This document shows positions 47,001-55,595 of a stretch of DNA of 64,000 nucleotides, one piece after another (position 1 is the first letter of the stretch; every line of letters begins with the position of its first letter). The notes under the pieces were generated by a model. It was not told the DNA's origin. It did no database searches and saw only the letters and a list, made by a program, of their open reading frames with translations. The translations under genes were made by a program, and so were the position numbers. The stretch spans positions 38,289 to 102,288 of the forward strand of contig CAVVDC010000003.1 of the NCBI GenBank assembly GCA_963746855.1, given 5' to 3'. Source of the stretch: an uncultured Chloroflexia bacterium. Its GTDB lineage: Bacteria > Chloroflexota > Limnocylindria > Limnocylindrales > CSP1-4.

Positions 47001-48018
47001 TCAGCGCAGACCCTTCGCCGCGAGCGCGATGACGTCGGCGGCGTCGGCCTTCGTGACGAAGCCCGGCCCGGTCATGATCAGACCGGTGCCATCGCCCGTC
47101 GGAAGGTTGCGGGTCTCTGCGTAGTTCGTGAGGATCACGATCGGCAGGTACCCCTGCAGGAACTGCTGCTGGTCGATGGCGAAGTCCATCTTCCCGTCCT
47201 TGATGGCCGTCAACACGTCGGCGTTGAGGTCGAAGGTCGCGAGATGGATCGGCTTGCCCGAGGCGGCGACGGCGGCCAGCGCCGGACCTGCCACGGACGG
47301 GCCGAGGGTCAGGATCCCGTCGATCGTCGGATCGGACTGGATCGCCGCGGCCATCTTGGCCTGCATGTCGGCCGGGTCGGAGATCTTGCCGGTCAGGACC
47401 TTGACCTGCACCTTCCGCGATGCCCATGCCCTGGAAGAACCCGTTGCAGCGCAGGGTCAGGGCCTGGTTGCCGACTTCCTGGTTGAAGCAGACGGGTTCT
47501 TGACGCCGGCCTCCTTGAAGCGCGCGCCCGCGCCGAGGCCGGCCTGGAACTCGGTCTGGCCGACGTGCGCCTTGATGCCGAGCTCGCTTGAAGACGTCCG
47601 AACCCGAGTTCATCGAGACCACCGGGATGCCGGCGTCGATCGCCTTCTTGATCGAGGGGCTGAGAGCGTCCGGGTTCGGGATCGAGACGACGAGGCCGGT
47701 CGGCTTCTTCGCCACCGCGGCGTCGATGAGGGCGGACATGCCAGGCATGTCGCTCTCCTGCGCCGGCGCGTTGTAGTTGACCGTGACGCCCATGTCGCTG
47801 GCTCCGGCCTTGACGCCGTTGCGAACGACACCCCAGAACCCGTCGATCGCCTGGCCGTGGGTCACGACCTCGATCTTGATGTCGGAGCGCTTGACCAGCG
47901 CGCCATCGAGGCCGCCCCCGGCGGCAGGCGCGGCGCTGCCAGAACTGGTCGCCGCTTGACACGCGGCGAGGATGACGACCGCGCCCGCGAGCAGGGCGGC
48001 GGACTTTCGAAGCTTCAT
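47001..48018 (-). pseudogene. Periplasmic sugar-binding protein of the ABC transporter, disrupted by three single-base indels
   Basis: N-terminal part MKLRKSAALLAGAVVILAAC (lipoprotein/signal peptide) ... NSGSDVFK in the frame of ORF 46996..48351. The conserved continuation ELGIKAHVGQTEFQAGLGAGARFKEAGVKNP is only in the +1 frame. PVCFNQEVGNQALTLRCNGFFQGMGIA is back in frame 0. The C-terminal 136 aa (VQVKVLTGKISDP...ALAAKGLR) are in a third frame (ORF 47001..47411). The shifts lie at about 47585, 47500 and 47415. GAGGAG RBS before the ATG at 48018. Confidence 0.7.
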
Positions 48019-48196
48019 CCCGTCTGTCTCCTCATTCGTCGATCGCGCGGATGCGCGTCCACAGCAAGCGCCGCGGTCCACCCGTGGCCGCTCGCCCTCG
48101 GCTCCTCCCCAATCACTCCGGTCGAGGTGCGGGATCCCGTGTCCCGTCGCCTGACCGTGCCACCTCCTTCCCGCCGACCACCTTCGGGCCGGCTGC

Positions 48197-49195
48197 TCAG
48201 CCTGGGATCTCCTCGAGTCGCACCGGTCGGTGCTCTTGGAGGGAACGGGTCGCGGCATCTGCGATGCGCAGGGCCGCGACACCATCTCCGGCGACGCACG
48301 GACTCGGGACGTGCCCGCGCGCCACGTTGATGAATTCGGCGAGTTCCGCACTGTACGCCGGGGTGAAGCGGTCGATGAAGTCCGACCAGGCGGGCCCCGT
48401 CGGGGGAGCGACGCCCGGCTCGATGGACCGCATCGGCGTCCGAGGGCCCAGCCCGACGCTGACCGAGTCGGCCGATCCGAACAGCTCGGCCCGGATGTCG
48501 TAGCCGAGCGGGTCGTGGCGGGCCGACGTCAGCACGACGAACGGGCCGTCGGTCATGCGCAAGATGGCGACGCCCGTGTCGACGTCGTCGTACTTGGCGA
48601 ACATCGGAAAGCCCCGGACACCGCCGTCGGCAAAGACCTCCTCCACCTCGCAGCCGGTCATCCAGCGCAGGACGTCGAAGTCGTGGATGGAGAAATCGCG
48701 AAAGAGCCCGCCCGATCCCGGGAGATACGACTCGTGGGGCGGCGCGGGGTCATGGCCGGCCAGGTAGATGGAGTACAGCGTCCCGAGCTCCCCGGACGTG
48801 ACCATCCGACGCGCCTCTGCATAGCCGGGGTCGAACCGGCGCTGGAAGCCGAGCTGGAACGGGACGCCGCTGTGCTCGATCTCCCCGGCCACGGCGATCG
48901 TGTCGGCGAGGTCGACTGCGAGCGGTTTCTCGCAGAACGTCGGGAGGCCGCGCCCGATGGCGGCCCGGGTCAGGCTGGAGTGGGCCTCGGTGGCCGCCGC
49001 GATCACGACGGCCTGGGCGTCGTCGAGGGCCGCCTCGATGGTCGGCGCGGCCGTCGCGCCGACCGTCGCCGCGACCTCCACCGCCCGCGCCGGGTCGGCG
49101 TCCGCGACCACCAGCTGCTCGACGCCGGGCGTCGCGGTCAGAAGCCGCGCGTGGAGCCGCCCGATCCGACCGGCGCCCAGGAGCGCGATCTTCAT
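48197..49195 (-). CDS. iolG: myo-Inositol 2-dehydrogenase-like Gfo/Idh/MocA oxidoreductase
   Basis: MKIALLGAGRIGRLHA Rossmann N-terminus, EKPLA motif, 332 aa. The ATGA start overlaps the stop of the upstream TIM-barrel gene. Confidence 0.8.
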   Translation of the reverse strand: MKIALLGAGRIGRLHARLLTATPGVEQLVVADADPARAVEVAATVGATAAPTIEAALDDAQAVVIAAATEAHSSLTRAAIGRGLPTFCEKPLAVDLADTIAVAGEIEHSGVPFQLGFQRRFDPGYAEARRMVTSGELGTLYSIYLAGHDPAPPHESYLPGSGGLFRDFSIHDFDVLRWMTGCEVEEVFADGGVRGFPMFAKYDDVDTGVAILRMTDGPFVVLTSARHDPLGYDIRAELFGSADSVSVGLGPRTPMRSIEPGVAPPTGPAWSDFIDRFTPAYSAELAEFINVARGHVPSPCVAGDGVAALRIADAATRSLQEHRPVRLEEIPG

Positions 49196-50179
49196 CGCGG
49201 TCGCTCCCCGGCCGATCTGCCGGACCCGTGCCGTCGGAGGGCCTCGGCGAGGACGCGCCGCCCGATCGCGGCACTCTCCGATGGCGGCCCCCAGCAGCTG
49301 TCCTGCTCGATCACCAGCCAGCCGTCGTAGTCGCGCCTCACGAGGAGGTCGATGATCGCGTCGAGGTCGAGCGCGCCTGCGCTGAGTTCGGTGAAGATCC
49401 GCTTCCGGACCGCGTCGCCGAATCCGTCGAGCGTCGCCCGCCCGCAGGCGCTCGAGCACGACGGGGTCGACGTCCTTGAGGTGCACGTGGGTCACGCGAT
49501 CGCCGAGATCCGCGAGCGCCCGCACCGGATCGCCGCCACCGACGATGTAGTGCCCCACGTCGAGGCAGATCCCCACGAGGTTCGGATCGAGGCGACCCAC
49601 CAGGCGCTCGACCTCGGCGGGGGTCTCGACGAACGTCCCGGCGTGCGGGTGGAACGCGGCACGACAGCCCGCTTCGCGCGTCTCCGCGGCGATCGCATGG
49701 ACGACGTCGATGAGGCCATCCCAGCCGGCGTCGGTCAGGCGCGGCGTGTCCGGCTCGCCCGCCCGTCCGGCTCGCTCCGTGCGCCCGGCGGAACCGTCCA
49801 GGGCGAGGACCAGCACCTCGCCGCCACCGTCGCACAGGAGCCGCAGGCGTTCGCGGGCGCCCTCGAGAGCGTCCGCCGTGGGGCCGTCGACGGTCGCCGG
49901 GATCGAGACGTAGACCTCGGCCAGCGCCAAACGCCGCTCGACGAGCGCGTCTCGCAACTCCTCGCCCGCGGGGAACCCGAGTCCCAGTTGGGTGCCCTCG
50001 TAGCCGGTCCGGGCGATCTCGTCGAGGATCGTCAGCCCGTCCGTCCCGAGGCGCAGGTCGACCAGATCCACGTTGTTCCACAGGATCGGCACGGTCCCGA
50101 TCGACGCGCGCGGCAGGGCGTCACCGGCTCGACGGAGCGTCGTGCGCAGGTCCGGGCGGAGCGGCGCGGCCGTGGTCAT
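49192..50179 (-). pseudogene. iolE: Xylose-isomerase-like TIM-barrel protein (inosose dehydratase IolE-like) with single-base frameshift near codon 250
   Basis: Frame 1 reads MTTAAPLRPDL ... GICLDVGHYIVGGGDPV...HVHLKDVDPVVLERLRAGD then becomes Arg-rich junk. The +1 frame continues LDGFGDAVRKRIFTELSAGALDLDAIIDLLVRRDYDGWLVIEQDSCWGP... and ends with a TGA overlapping the iolG ATG. The break is at about 49440 (gggcgacgctcgac). GAGGAG RBS before the ATG at 50179. Confidence 0.7.
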
Positions 50180-51996
50180 CGGTGCTGCTCCTCGGCGACA
50201 CCCGCGACCCAGCGCGCGCGCTGTTCGGCATGGATCTCCGGACTGGGCGCGTCCCACCAACCGGTCTTGTCCGGGCCGGCGGCGGCCAGGTCGCGATCCA
50301 CCTTGACCAGGACGAGCGACGGGCCGCCGGACGCCAGCGCTCGTCGGACCGCCGGCTCGACGCCCGCCGGGTCCTCGACGCGTTCGGCGTGGAGTCCGAA
50401 CGCCCGGCCGATGTCGTCGAACGCCGGGGAGTAGATCGACCCGTCCGGGGTCATGAAGTCGGTCCAGGCGGTTCGTCCGAAGAACGTCTCCTGCCCGCCC
50501 TTGATGCTGATCCAGCCCGAGTTGTCGAGGATGACGGCGCACACGGGCGTGCCGGCCAGGACGGCCGTCTGGAGCTCCTGCATCGATTGCAGGAAGCTGC
50601 CGTCGCCCGAGATCGACAGCACCTGGCGCTCCGGGTGGGCGAGCTGGGCGCCGATGGCCGCCGGCAGCTCGAAGCCCATCGTCGAGAAGCCGCCGGACGT
50701 CAGGTGCGTCCGTGGCCGGCGGGTCACCCAGCGCTGCTTGACCATGCCCTGCGGCAGGCCCGCGCCGGTCACAACGATCGCGTCGTCGCTGGTGGCGGCC
50801 TGGATCTCGCGGACGGCGCGGGCCATCGTCATCGGTACGGCCGTGGAGCCGGACTTGCGCTCGACCTGTTCGAACCAGGTGGCCTTTCGCGCGGCGATCT
50901 CCTCGGCGTAACGCGTGCCCCGGTAGGCAGCCGGGCCGCCGCCCTTGCCAAGCGCCCCGAGCAGGTCGGCGAGGGCCGCTTTCGCGTCGCCGACGAGGCC
51001 CACCTCGACCGGGTAGTTCTTGCCGATCTCGCGCGGGTCGATGTCGATCTGGATGAGTCGGGATGGCGGGATGGCGAACGTCACCCCGGCCCGGTACGAC
51101 GACGCCGACCAGTCCGTGAAGCGGTTGCCGACCGACACGATGACGTCCGCGGAGGCCGCGAGCGAGTTGCCCGAGGTCGACCCCGTGTCGCCGATCGTCA
51201 TCCCGGCCAGCTCGTGGGTCTCGTCGATCGCGCCCTTGCCGTTCCAGGTCGTCACGACCGGCGCGCCCAGCCGCTCGGCCAGCGCGGTGACCTCGGCGGA
51301 TGCGTCGGCGCCGATGGCTCCGCCGCCGGCCACGATCACCGGCCGCTTCGCCGTCCGCAACGACGCCGCGGCTCGTTCGACATCGTCCGCAGCGGGGCGG
51401 ATCCGTCCGCGCGCCTCACGCTGGGCGGGGTCGGGCAGCGCGACGTCAGCGCTGTCGACGAGCACGTCCATCGGCATGTCCAGGAGGATCGGGCCGGGTC
51501 GGCCGGACAGCATCTGGTTCCAGGCCCGATGCAGCACGAACGGGAGTTCGTCGACGCGCGACGGCTGCCACCACTCCTTGACGACCGGCTCGAAGATCCG
51601 CGGGTTGTCGGCGACGTGCCGCCGCTCGAGTTCCTGCAGGAGGCCGGCCCCGCGCATGTACGTGTGGGCCGACCCGGTCATGAGCGCGACCGCCGTCGAA
51701 TCGACATAGGCGGTCGCCATGCCGATCACGGTATTGGTCGCCCCAGGCCCGATGCTCGTGAAGGCGAGGATCGGTCGCCCCGTCGCCCGGTAGAACCCGT
51801 CGGCAAGGTGGACCGCCGCCTGCTCGTGCATCACCTGCACGACGCGGATCGCGTCCCGTCGGTCGAGCAGGGCATCGGTCAACGCCCAGCTGCCATGACC
51901 GGGGATCCCGGCCACGACCGGCACGCCTTCGCGGACGAGGTATTCGACCACGATCTGGGCCCCGGACAGCCGACGACGACCCGATGAGTCTGTCAA
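50176..51996 (-). CDS. iolD: Thiamine-diphosphate-dependent enzyme (3D-(3,5/4)-trihydroxycyclohexane-1,2-dione hydrolase IolD-like)
   Basis: 606 aa; TPP-enzyme N-terminal, central and C-terminal domains with GDGSF and a TPP-binding fold. The stop overlaps the iolE start (ATGA). Confidence 0.8.
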   Translation of the reverse strand: MTDSSGRRRLSGAQIVVEYLVREGVPVVAGIPGHGSWALTDALLDRRDAIRVVQVMHEQAAVHLADGFYRATGRPILAFTSIGPGATNTVIGMATAYVDSTAVALMTGSAHTYMRGAGLLQELERRHVADNPRIFEPVVKEWWQPSRVDELPFVLHRAWNQMLSGRPGPILLDMPMDVLVDSADVALPDPAQREARGRIRPAADDVERAAASLRTAKRPVIVAGGGAIGADASAEVTALAERLGAPVVTTWNGKGAIDETHELAGMTIGDTGSTSGNSLAASADVIVSVGNRFTDWSASSYRAGVTFAIPPSRLIQIDIDPREIGKNYPVEVGLVGDAKAALADLLGALGKGGGPAAYRGTRYAEEIAARKATWFEQVERKSGSTAVPMTMARAVREIQAATSDDAIVVTGAGLPQGMVKQRWVTRRPRTHLTSGGFSTMGFELPAAIGAQLAHPERQVLSISGDGSFLQSMQELQTAVLAGTPVCAVILDNSGWISIKGGQETFFGRTAWTDFMTPDGSIYSPAFDDIGRAFGLHAERVEDPAGVEPAVRRALASGGPSLVLVKVDRDLAAAGPDKTGWWDAPSPEIHAEQRARWVAGVAEEQHR

Positions 51997-52129
51997 TGCA
52001 GGGTTCCCTTGCGCTTTCGATGTAATCGATTACCCTTGGGTGGCGGAAGGGTAGCATGGCGGGGCGTCCTGTCAACGCACGAGGATCGCCCACCGCACGG
52101 TGACGATCGGCAGTGGAGGGAGCAAAACC

Positions 52130-53248
52130 ATGGCGACGCTCGCGGATCGGTCCGCTCCGCCGTTGGCCGACACCCCGCTCGGGCGGACGATCGCGACGAC
52201 CGCGACCGACGTCTGGAATGACTCGTGCGCGGTCACCGAGCTCGAGTACGCCGTCTCGTTCGGTGCCGTCGGCGCGACCGCCAATCCGACGATCGTGGCC
52301 GATGTCTGGAAATCGGATCCGGGGCGTTGGCGCGGTCGCGTCCAGGCGCTGGCCCGGGAGCGTCCCGACGCGACCGAGGTCGACCTCGCCTGGGCGATCG
52401 TCGAGGAGATGTCCCTGCTGGCGGCACCATTGCTGCTGCCCGCGTTCGAGGCGTCCGGCGGCCGGCAGGGCCGGCTGTCGATGCAGACCGATCCGACCCT
52501 GTTCCGCTCCTACGATCGGATGCTCGCGCAGGGCGAGGGGTTCGCCCACCTCGCGCCCAACATCATCGTCAAGTTCCCGGCGACCACGGTCGGTGTCCGC
52601 GTGATGGAGGAGGCCACATACCGGGGCGTCAACGTCAACGCGACGGTCTCGTTCAGCGTCGCCCAGGCGCTCGCGGCAGGGGAAGCGGTCGAGCGCGGAC
52701 TGCGGCGGCGTGAAGCCGAGGGCCTGCGGGTCGATGACATGGGGCCGGTCATCACGCTGATGATGGGTCGACTGGAGGACTGGCTCCGGGTCCAGACCGA
52801 GCGTGACGGGATCGTCGCCGACCCGGCGGCCCTGTCGTGGTCCGGCGTCGCGGTCTTCAAGCGGGCCTACGCGGAGTTCCAGGCCCGCGGCCTGCGGGCG
52901 CGCCTCCTCGGCGCCGCCATCCGTCACCACCTGCACTGGTCGGAGCTCATCGGCGGCGACGTGGTCATCACCCTGCCCGCGGCCTGGCAGCGCCGGTTCA
53001 ACGCCTCGTCGATCGAAGTTCGCCCGCGGATGGACGACCCGGTCGACCCGGCCATCGTCGACGAGCTCCGGACCCGGTTCCCGGACTTCGTCCGGGCGTT
53101 CGAACCCGACGGGCTGACCCCGGACGAGTTCGACGCCTTCGGGCCGACCGCCCGGACGCTTCGGGCCTTCGTCGGCTCGTACCACGAGCTGCTCCACCAG
53201 GTCGGCGATGCCCTCGTCCCGAACCCCGACGTCCGACCCGCCGGATGA
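52130..53248 (+). CDS. Transaldolase-family protein
   Basis: Start at MATLADRSAPP. The core ATDVWNDSCAVTELEYAVSFGAVGATANPTIV...IIVKFPATTVG (Schiff-base Lys region) is transaldolase-like. The stop overlaps the iolB ATG. Confidence 0.75.
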   Translation: MATLADRSAPPLADTPLGRTIATTATDVWNDSCAVTELEYAVSFGAVGATANPTIVADVWKSDPGRWRGRVQALARERPDATEVDLAWAIVEEMSLLAAPLLLPAFEASGGRQGRLSMQTDPTLFRSYDRMLAQGEGFAHLAPNIIVKFPATTVGVRVMEEATYRGVNVNATVSFSVAQALAAGEAVERGLRRREAEGLRVDDMGPVITLMMGRLEDWLRVQTERDGIVADPAALSWSGVAVFKRAYAEFQARGLRARLLGAAIRHHLHWSELIGGDVVITLPAAWQRRFNASSIEVRPRMDDPVDPAIVDELRTRFPDFVRAFEPDGLTPDEFDAFGPTARTLRAFVGSYHELLHQVGDALVPNPDVRPAG

Positions 53249-54177
53249 CCGAGCCCGGCGTCCACGCGAGCGCGCCGCCCAACGACCTTCCCCCCGACCG
53301 GCTCCGGCTTCGGCCGGACGCTCGTGGCGAGGTCGCGCTCGTCCCGGCCACCGCCGGCTGGCGGTATCTGTCGTTTCGGACCGTGGCGCTCGACGACGGC
53401 GGCTCGATCGAGTTGGGCGGGTCCGATCACGAGACCGCGATCGTGAACCTCTACGGTGGCGATGCCGTCGTCGACGAAGGCGACGGCCGTGGCGGCGTCC
53501 TGGCGGGGCGCGAGTCGGTGTTCCATGCCCTGCCCGCGGCGTACTACCTGCCGGCTGGTCAGCGCATGACCGTCACCGGCCGCCCGCGGGGCGCGGCGAC
53601 CACGACGACGATCGCCATCGCCGAGGCGCCGACCCGTCCCGAGGTCTCTGCGGCACTCAAGCCGGTGCTGATCCGACCCGAGGACATCAGGGTGGAGGTC
53701 CGCGGCGCCGGACGCTCGACTCGCCAGATCAATCACGTCATCGCGCCCGACTTTCCGGCCGACCGGCTCCTCGTCGTCGAGGTGCTCACGCCCGCCGGCA
53801 GCTGGTCGAGCTGGCCGCCCCACAAGCACGACGTCGATGACATGCCCCGCGAAGCGGTCCTCGAGGAGATCTACCTCTACGGGTTTCGACGGCCGGAGGC
53901 GTGGGCCTTCCAGCGCGTCTACCGGCCGGCGGGCAGCCCGCTCGGCGCCGCGCGGGACGTGGCCTGGGCCGTCCGCGACGGCGAGGTCGTGGTCGTCACG
54001 GACGGCTACCACCCGTTCGCCGCGACCGACGCCGATGACGCGTACTACCTCAATGCGCTGGCCGGCGATCGGCGGACGATGGCCTGCTCGTTCGACCCGA
54101 CGCTCGACCACGTCCGGTCGCGCTGGTCGACAGAGACGCCCGACCCCCGGGTCCCACTGGTGCCGCCGCCGGGCTGA
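53245..54177 (+). CDS. iolB: 5-deoxy-glucuronate isomerase (IolB/KduI cupin family)
   Basis: MTEPGVHASAPPN... with ...EVLTPAGSWSSWPPHKHD... and GYHPFAATD cupin motifs typical of IolB. Confidence 0.8.
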   Translation: MTEPGVHASAPPNDLPPDRLRLRPDARGEVALVPATAGWRYLSFRTVALDDGGSIELGGSDHETAIVNLYGGDAVVDEGDGRGGVLAGRESVFHALPAAYYLPAGQRMTVTGRPRGAATTTTIAIAEAPTRPEVSAALKPVLIRPEDIRVEVRGAGRSTRQINHVIAPDFPADRLLVVEVLTPAGSWSSWPPHKHDVDDMPREAVLEEIYLYGFRRPEAWAFQRVYRPAGSPLGAARDVAWAVRDGEVVVVTDGYHPFAATDADDAYYLNALAGDRRTMACSFDPTLDHVRSRWSTETPDPRVPLVPPPG

Positions 54178-55595
54178 CGATCGGCCCGCGCGACGAGCCG
54201 GCGCCGCAACCGCCGCGCCCGGGCACGCAGGTCCGCTTCCAGGCGCGGCTCCGGGCGGCCGAGGCGGAGTCGTCGCTCGGCGAGCGCCAGCCCGTCCGCG
54301 GTGATCCGCAACGCACCCAGCGGATCGCGGAGGCGGTGCTCGCGGATCTTGGCGAGCTCGATCGCGGCCACGATGGCGGTCCGACCCGGGCCGGCGGCGA
54401 GGCTCGCCCACGCGTCGGCGGCCTCGTCCCAGCGCCGCAGTCGGCGGAGCAGGTGGGCCCGCTCCACGGCGATCCGGTCGGTGGTCCACGGCGTCGCGAA
54501 CGCGGCGGACCGGATCGACGGGCCGGTCTCGGCCCCGGGGCGGTATCGGCCACCGAAATCGGCCGGCACGTGCGGCGACCACCACGGTGGCTCGGTGACC
54601 GGGATCGTCGGTCGGGGATCCTCGCGGGGCGAGTCCTCGGCCGGGGCTCGGGTCGCCACCTCGAGGCCGACCTGGAGCGCGCCCTCGTAGCACTCGAGCG
54701 CCTCGGCCAGTCGCCCGGCCCGGGCGAAGGCCCGGGCGAGGCCGCCGAGATCCCCGGCCGGAGCGCTTCGGCGGGCCTCCGCGGTCCCGTACCCGTCCGC
54801 GAGCAGGACCAGCAGGCGCGCGAGCGATCGGACGTCCTGGTCGTTGTGGCGCACGACCTCGACGAGCGGTTGGGCCGGGCCGCCCCGCAGGAACCCGAGG
54901 TACCGGCTGGGGATCTCCCAGCCCTCGACGTCGCCGTGTCGCTGCATCCCCAGCAGCCCGGTCTCGGCCGTCCGCAGTCGGGCGTCGTCGAGCCGATGCC
55001 GGAACAGCCGACGGACGACCGGTAGCAGGTCGAGATGCCCGGCATGGACCGGCGCGGCGCGACGGGCCATCCGATAGCGCGTGACGAGGAGCGGCCAGTC
55101 GAATCCGCGGCCGTTGTAGGTCACCAGCCAGCCGTCGACCGGGATGTGGCTCGCCAGGGCGGTCAGGAGGGCCGGTTCGTCGGCGTGGTCGGGCAGGAGC
55201 AGCTGGACCTGACGGAACCGGTCCGCCTCCCACCAACCGAGCCCGATGAGGAAGGCCACGGTCCCGGCCGCCGTGGCCAGCCCGGTCGTCTCGGTATCGA
55301 GGCAGACCAGCGGGACTTCCGGTGGCGGCTGGGCGGGCAGTCGTGCCAGGCTCTCGCGATCGACCGGGATCGACCGGGCCATCGCCTCGCAGCGGACGAA
55401 CGTCCCCGCCGGCGACTCGACGATCTCGCCGTCGAGCGTCGTCGCCAGCCGCTCCGCGAGGACGTGCCGGTCCAGGGGGGCGTGGGGCAGCTCCACCTGA
55501 CGGCCCACCTCGCTCGGTGGTTCGTGCCGGGTCGCGGCCCGGAAGCGCTCGAGGCGTCGGGCGAGGCCGGCCGCATCGGCCGACGCGGTCGTCAT
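54045..55595 (-). CDS. DEDDh-type 3'-5' exonuclease (RNase H-like fold) with C-terminal TPR-like region; MrfB/YprB-like
   Basis: Exo motifs LVCLDTETTGL (DxE), VTYNGRGFDWPLL, RHNDQDVRSLARL (H-x4-D). Start ATGA-overlapped with the stop of the upstream helicase. 133-bp convergent overlap with iolB. Confidence 0.7.
   Translation of the reverse strand: MTTASADAAGLARRLERFRAATRHEPPSEVGRQVELPHAPLDRHVLAERLATTLDGEIVESPAGTFVRCEAMARSIPVDRESLARLPAQPPPEVPLVCLDTETTGLATAAGTVAFLIGLGWWEADRFRQVQLLLPDHADEPALLTALASHIPVDGWLVTYNGRGFDWPLLVTRYRMARRAAPVHAGHLDLLPVVRRLFRHRLDDARLRTAETGLLGMQRHGDVEGWEIPSRYLGFLRGGPAQPLVEVVRHNDQDVRSLARLLVLLADGYGTAEARRSAPAGDLGGLARAFARAGRLAEALECYEGALQVGLEVATRAPAEDSPREDPRPTIPVTEPPWWSPHVPADFGGRYRPGAETGPSIRSAAFATPWTTDRIAVERAHLLRRLRRWDEAADAWASLAAGPGRTAIVAAIELAKIREHRLRDPLGALRITADGLALAERRLRLGRPEPRLEADLRARARRLRRRLVARADRQPGGGTSGTRGSGVSVDQRDRTWSSVGSNEQAIVRRSPASALR

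Noticed and set aside
48197-50542. 781-aa single ORF spanning iolE and iolG
   Set aside because: It contains an internal ATGA junction and an Arg-rich junk segment. It resolves into two genes once the +1 frame is read.
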